From a bacterium (lineage in GTDB: Bacteria; Zhuqueibacterota; Zhuqueibacteria; Oceanimicrobiales; Oceanimicrobiaceae), in NCBI GenBank assembly GCA_046757025.1, contig JBHHXN010000054.1, positions 1-29,694 on the forward strand: a stretch of DNA of 29,694 nucleotides. The letters run 5' to 3'. Position 1 is the first letter of the stretch. Each line of letters opens with the position of its first letter. Below are positions 25,774 to 29,694 of the stretch, piece after piece. The position numbers and the translations under genes are program-made. The notes under the pieces are model-generated. The model was not told where the DNA came from and ran no database searches. It saw only the letters and a list, made by a program, of their open reading frames with translations.

Positions 25774-26205
25774 TTGAAAACGTTTATTGCAAAGACCGAA
25801 GACATTAAGAGAAAATGGTATCTTGTGGATGCCGACGGTAAAATCCTTGGCAGGTTAGCGAGCGAAGTGGCCACGATTTTGAGAGGGAAGCACAAACCGA
25901 TTTATTCGCCGCATATAGATACCGGCGACCATGTGATCATCATCAATGCCGATAAGGTTCGGGTAACGGGTAATAAAGCCAAACAAAAACGCTATTTTCG
26001 TCACACCGGCTACCCGGGTGGCGGCAGATTCGACAATTTTTCGGACTTGCTCACCAAACATCCCGAACGGATTTTGGAAAAGGCTGTGAAGGGGATGTTG
26101 CCGCATAATAAACTTGGCCGCAAGATGTACAAAAAACTCAAAGTTTATGCTGGCGAAAATCACCTTCACCAGGCACAAAAACCCGAAGTACTTGAAATAG
26201 CTTAA
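25774..26205 (+). CDS. rplM: 50S ribosomal protein L13
   Basis: WYLVDA...LGRLAS...LRGKHKP...DTGD...GMLP. TTG 25774 after GGAG is the likely start (MKTF). Confidence 0.98.
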   Translation: MKTFIAKTEDIKRKWYLVDADGKILGRLASEVATILRGKHKPIYSPHIDTGDHVIIINADKVRVTGNKAKQKRYFRHTGYPGGGRFDNFSDLLTKHPERILEKAVKGMLPHNKLGRKMYKKLKVYAGENHLHQAQKPEVLEIA

Positions 26206-26227
26206 TCATTAATTATTAGAGGATTAC

Positions 26228-26620
26228 ATGAAAGTCTTATCATACGATGCGATTGGTAGAAGAAAAGAAGCCGTGGCCAGGGTACGCATGGTGTCCGGCG
26301 ATGGCAAAATAATCGTCAATAAAAAACCGGTGCTGGAATTTTTCAAGAGAGAAACTCTGAACATGATCATTGAACAGCCGCTGGAATTGACCGAAACCAT
26401 AGGTAGGTACGACGTTATTGCCAATGTAAAGGGCGGCGGGTTGTCCGGTCAGGCCGGAGCCGTGCGATTGGGAATCGCCAGAGCGCTTTTAAAAATCGAC
26501 ACTGAGTACCGTCCCAAACTCAAAGCCGCGGGCTTACTCACGCGCGATCCTCGCATGAAAGAACGCAAAAAATACGGACAGCCCGGCGCGCGCAAGAGAT
26601 TTCAATTTTCTAAACGTTAA
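26228..26620 (+). CDS. rpsI: 30S ribosomal protein S9
   Basis: [26 protein letters not shown]...QFSKR. Confidence 0.98.
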   Translation: MKVLSYDAIGRRKEAVARVRMVSGDGKIIVNKKPVLEFFKRETLNMIIEQPLELTETIGRYDVIANVKGGGLSGQAGAVRLGIARALLKIDTEYRPKLKAAGLLTRDPRMKERKKYGQPGARKRFQFSKR

Positions 26621-26629
26621 TAATTTAAA

Positions 26630-26702
26630 ACACACACCAGATCTAATCTTGGGTGCCCGGATTCCGGGTCTGAAAATATGTGGACTGGTGGCGGTTTAAC
26701 CC
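26630..26702 (+). ncRNA. rpsB leader RNA (t44-like, S2 autoregulatory element)
   Basis: ACACAC start, CACCAG/CTGGTG stem, GGGTGC with a CCCGGA/TCCGGG hairpin, and terminal TAACCC. These are the landmarks of the E. coli rpsB leader, including the GGGU/ACCC pairing. Confidence 0.75.
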
Positions 26703-26718
26703 AAAACAGGAGAGTATT

Positions 26719-27552
26719 ATGGTAAACGTTTCACTACAAGATCTTTTAATTGCTGGCTCCCATTTCGGCCATCTCACGCGCAGATGGAATCCAAAAATGA
26801 AAAAATACATTTTTATGGAGCGAAATGGCATTTATATCATCGATTTAAAAAAGACGCTGGAGTGCCTGGAAATGGCCTGTCAGGTAATCACGGATATTTC
26901 CAGTCGCGGGGAAAGCGTGCTGTTTGTCGGTACCAAGAAACAAGCCAAAGACATCATCAAAAACGAAGCCGAACGGTGCAATTCTTTTTTTATCAATGAA
27001 AGATGGCTGGGCGGCACCCTGACCAATTTTACCACCATCAAGAAAAGCATCAAGCATCTGAAAAATATCGAAAAAATGACTACGGACGGCACTTACGATA
27101 AATTGCTGAAAAAAGAAATATTACAAATCGAACGGCAGAGGGAAAAATTAGAGCTGGTGCTCGGCGGCATTCGCGACATGAATAAATTGCCGGGCGCGGT
27201 ATTTGTGGTGGATACCAAAAAAGAAAGCATCGCCGTATCTGAAGCCGTCAAACTCAATATTCCGGTTATCGCGGTGGTGGACACCAATTGCGATCCGGAT
27301 CCCATTGATTATCCCATCCCGGCCAACGATGATGCTTTCAAGTCCATCAATTTGATCACCACGGCCATCGCCAGTGCGGTGATCGAAGGGTTGAGCGCTT
27401 TGAAAGAGCGTAAAACCGAAACCGGCGAAGCCGAAGCCGCTGTACCCGAAACCACCGAAGCGCCGGATGAGGTTATTGTGACCGAAGACGCAGAAGAGCT
27501 GGAGACCGTGGTCGAAAAAATTAAAGATTCCGAAATTAAGGAAGTTGAATAG
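26719..27552 (+). CDS. rpsB: 30S ribosomal protein S2 with an acidic C-terminal tail
   Basis: [46 protein letters not shown] 26719 after AGGAG. Confidence 0.98.
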   Translation: MVNVSLQDLLIAGSHFGHLTRRWNPKMKKYIFMERNGIYIIDLKKTLECLEMACQVITDISSRGESVLFVGTKKQAKDIIKNEAERCNSFFINERWLGGTLTNFTTIKKSIKHLKNIEKMTTDGTYDKLLKKEILQIERQREKLELVLGGIRDMNKLPGAVFVVDTKKESIAVSEAVKLNIPVIAVVDTNCDPDPIDYPIPANDDAFKSINLITTAIASAVIEGLSALKERKTETGEAEAAVPETTEAPDEVIVTEDAEELETVVEKIKDSEIKEVE

Positions 27553-27585
27553 CGAATTTAATGAACAGATTGGAGGCAGAATAGC

Positions 27586-28179
27586 ATGACCGTTTCCGCA
27601 GACAAAGTGAAATTATTACGAGATCGAACCGGTGTGGGTATTATGGACTGTAAAAGTGCGTTGATGGAAACGAATGGTGACATAGATTCCGCCGTGGAGC
27701 TGCTCCGCAAAAAAGGAATTGCTTCTGCGGAAAAAAGAGCCGGACGCGAAACCAAAGAAGGTTTGGTGGAAGCTTATATTCATCCCGGCAGCCGATTGGG
27801 CGTGCTGGTTGAAGTCAATTGTGAAACTGATTTTGTTGCTAAAACCGAAGATTTCAAAACTTTTGTCCGGGATATTGCCATGCAAGTGGCCGCTACCAAT
27901 CCCTCGGTTGTCAGTCGAGAAGAATACAGCAAAGAAGACATCGACAAGGAACTGGAAATCTACAAAACCCAGGCCAAAAATGAAGGTAAGCCGGATAACA
28001 TAATCGATCGCTTTTCTCAGGGTAAATTAGAGAAGTTCTTTCAAGAAACCGTTTTATTGGAGCAAAGCTTTATTAAAGATCCTAGTAAAAATATCAAAGA
28101 AATTCTCACAGAGCTGATTGCCAGAACCGGCGAAAATATCAACATAAAGCGATTTGTGCGCTTTCAATTGGGCGCCTGA
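27586..28179 (+). CDS. tsf: Translation elongation factor Ts (short form, 197 aa)
   Basis: LRDRTGVGIMDCK, EVNCETDFVA, LLEQSFIKD. Confidence 0.97.
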   Translation: MTVSADKVKLLRDRTGVGIMDCKSALMETNGDIDSAVELLRKKGIASAEKRAGRETKEGLVEAYIHPGSRLGVLVEVNCETDFVAKTEDFKTFVRDIAMQVAATNPSVVSREEYSKEDIDKELEIYKTQAKNEGKPDNIIDRFSQGKLEKFFQETVLLEQSFIKDPSKNIKEILTELIARTGENINIKRFVRFQLGA

Positions 28180-28239
28180 GCACATCCGATAACAACATGA
28201 TCTTGGAAAATAATCTCTTGAAAAACCAACACTTTGATC

Positions 28240-28959
28240 ATGCAAAACTTACCATTTAAACGAGTTTTGCTCAAGTTGAGCGGCGAAGCCCTGATGGGAC
28301 AGCAGGGGCTGGGCGTGGATCCGAAGATGGTTGAAAAAATCGCCCTCGATATCAAAGAAGTCAACGGTCTGGGAGTTGAAATGGGCCTGGTCATTGGCGG
28401 CGGAAATATTTTTCGTGGTTTGTCAGCCAGTGCGCGCGGTATGGACCGCGTAACAGCCGATTACATGGGAATGCTCGCCACCACCATCAATGCGCTGGCA
28501 CTGCAGGATTATTTAGAACGATACGATGTTTTCACACGCGTGCTCACCGCCATAAAAATGGAAGAGATCGCCGAACCGTTCATTCGCCGAAGAGCCATTC
28601 GCCACCTGGAAAAGGGGCGCGTGGTGATTTTTGCTGCCGGCACCGGCAATCCTTATTTTACCACCGACACTGCGGCCGCGCTTAGGGCCGTGGAAATCGA
28701 AGCCGATGTTATTTTGAAAGGCACACGTGTGGATGGGGTGTACGACTCGGATCCCGAGAAAGATAAAAATGCCAAAAAGTTCGATGAATTGAACTATCTG
28801 GAAGTGGTCAAACGGCGACTGAAAGTCATGGATTCAACTGCTGTAACGCTCTGTATGGATAATAACTTACCCATCATCGTCTTTAATTTAACGCGGACTG
28901 GTTACTTAACTCGCGTAATTAAAGGTGAATCATTAGGAACTAAAATTTATGGTGCGTAG
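28240..28959 (+). CDS. pyrH: UMP kinase
   Basis: [34 protein letters not shown]. Start is ATG 28240 or TTG 28234. Confidence 0.98.
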   Translation: MQNLPFKRVLLKLSGEALMGQQGLGVDPKMVEKIALDIKEVNGLGVEMGLVIGGGNIFRGLSASARGMDRVTADYMGMLATTINALALQDYLERYDVFTRVLTAIKMEEIAEPFIRRRAIRHLEKGRVVIFAAGTGNPYFTTDTAAALRAVEIEADVILKGTRVDGVYDSDPEKDKNAKKFDELNYLEVVKRRLKVMDSTAVTLCMDNNLPIIVFNLTRTGYLTRVIKGESLGTKIYGA

Positions 28960-28961
28960 CT

Positions 28962-29522
28962 ATGCCAATTAAAGAAATTCAAAAAGATGCCGAGGAGCGC
29001 ATGCAAAAAGCCGTTGAAAACACCCGCAGTGAATTGACCAAAATCAGAACGGGTAAAGCCTCCCCAGCCTTATTGGATACCATTCGCGTTTCCTATTACG
29101 GCAATATGACGCCGCTGAAACAGGTGGCCAGCATCAGCACACCCGAACCTCGGTTGATCACCATTCAGCCCTGGGAAAAAAACTTGATCGGTGAAATCGA
29201 AAAAGCCATCTTGAAGTCGGATCTGGGATTGAACCCGGTGAATGACGGGGTGGTTATCCGGCTGCCCATTCCACAGTTGACTGAGGAACGGAGAAAAGAC
29301 CTGGTTAGACTGTGTCATAAATTGGTGGAAGAAGGGCGCATCGCCATCAGAAACGTGCGCCGAGATGCCAACGATCAATTGAAGAAGTCTGAGAAGGAGC
29401 ACACTATATCCGAAGATCAATACCACACTGCCATCGACGAGGTGCAGAAAATCACCGATAAATACATCAAGCAAGTTGACGATATTTTGAAAATGAAAGA
29501 AGATGAAATCATGGATGTTTGA
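28962..29522 (+). CDS. frr: Ribosome recycling factor
   Basis: IRTGKA, VSYYG, LTEERRKDLV, IRNVRRD. Confidence 0.98.
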   Translation: MPIKEIQKDAEERMQKAVENTRSELTKIRTGKASPALLDTIRVSYYGNMTPLKQVASISTPEPRLITIQPWEKNLIGEIEKAILKSDLGLNPVNDGVVIRLPIPQLTEERRKDLVRLCHKLVEEGRIAIRNVRRDANDQLKKSEKEHTISEDQYHTAIDEVQKITDKYIKQVDDILKMKEDEIMDV

Positions 29523-29564
29523 TCTAACAGCTCGAAAAATTCTGTGAAATTGTCATGAGGTGCT

Positions 29565-29599
29565 AGCCGTTGCGGGGTGTTTTCGCAACGGCTTTTTTT
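29565..29599 (+). terminator. Intrinsic terminator after frr
   Basis: AGCCGTTGCG-loop-CGCAACGGCT followed by a T-tract. Confidence 0.9.
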
Positions 29600-29694
29600 A
29601 TTGAATTAAAGGCGTGATATGTTAACTTACAGTATGAATGACCAGTTGAAAATCTGTTTTGAATGATTATATAGTGATTGAACGAAAAATGCTT

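Overview
Bacterial chromosomal window, probably from an FCB-superphylum relative such as KSB1, Calditrichota or Ignavibacteria. This is inferred from a T9SS-type C-terminal sorting domain and the contiguous rplM-rpsI-rpsB-tsf-pyrH-frr order. The left 20 kb is accessory. It holds an ECF sigma factor, a lipoprotein, and a type IV pilus (PilB/MSHA-like) locus with its own regulators: a short MerR-type protein, prepilin peptidase, a PAS histidine kinase, a stand-alone receiver, the assembly ATPase, a sigma54 activator, PilC, a major pilin and four minor pilins. An inverted 7-repeat beta-propeller/T9SS-cargo gene interrupts the minor pilins. An invasin-like Ig-repeat lipoprotein, a putative beta-barrel protein and an M23 peptidase follow. 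The right 9 kb is housekeeping: pyrR-pyrB-pyrC-pdaD-speB and rplM-rpsI-rpsB-tsf-pyrH-frr. The most notable signals are non-coding. (1) Recurrent sigma28(FliA)-like promoters precede most pilus transcription units, while the major pilin has a near-perfect sigma54 promoter with three candidate enhancer sites, suggesting a sigma28 -> activator -> sigma54 -> pilin cascade. (2) Several miniature inverted-repeat elements with unrelated terminal repeats all carry REP-like palindrome pairs as cargo; one has a perfect 9-bp target duplication and one is a decayed, nested copy. (3) There is an rpsB (t44-like) leader and a pyrR leader terminator without a canonical PyrR site. All calls are by eye; no database searches were run.
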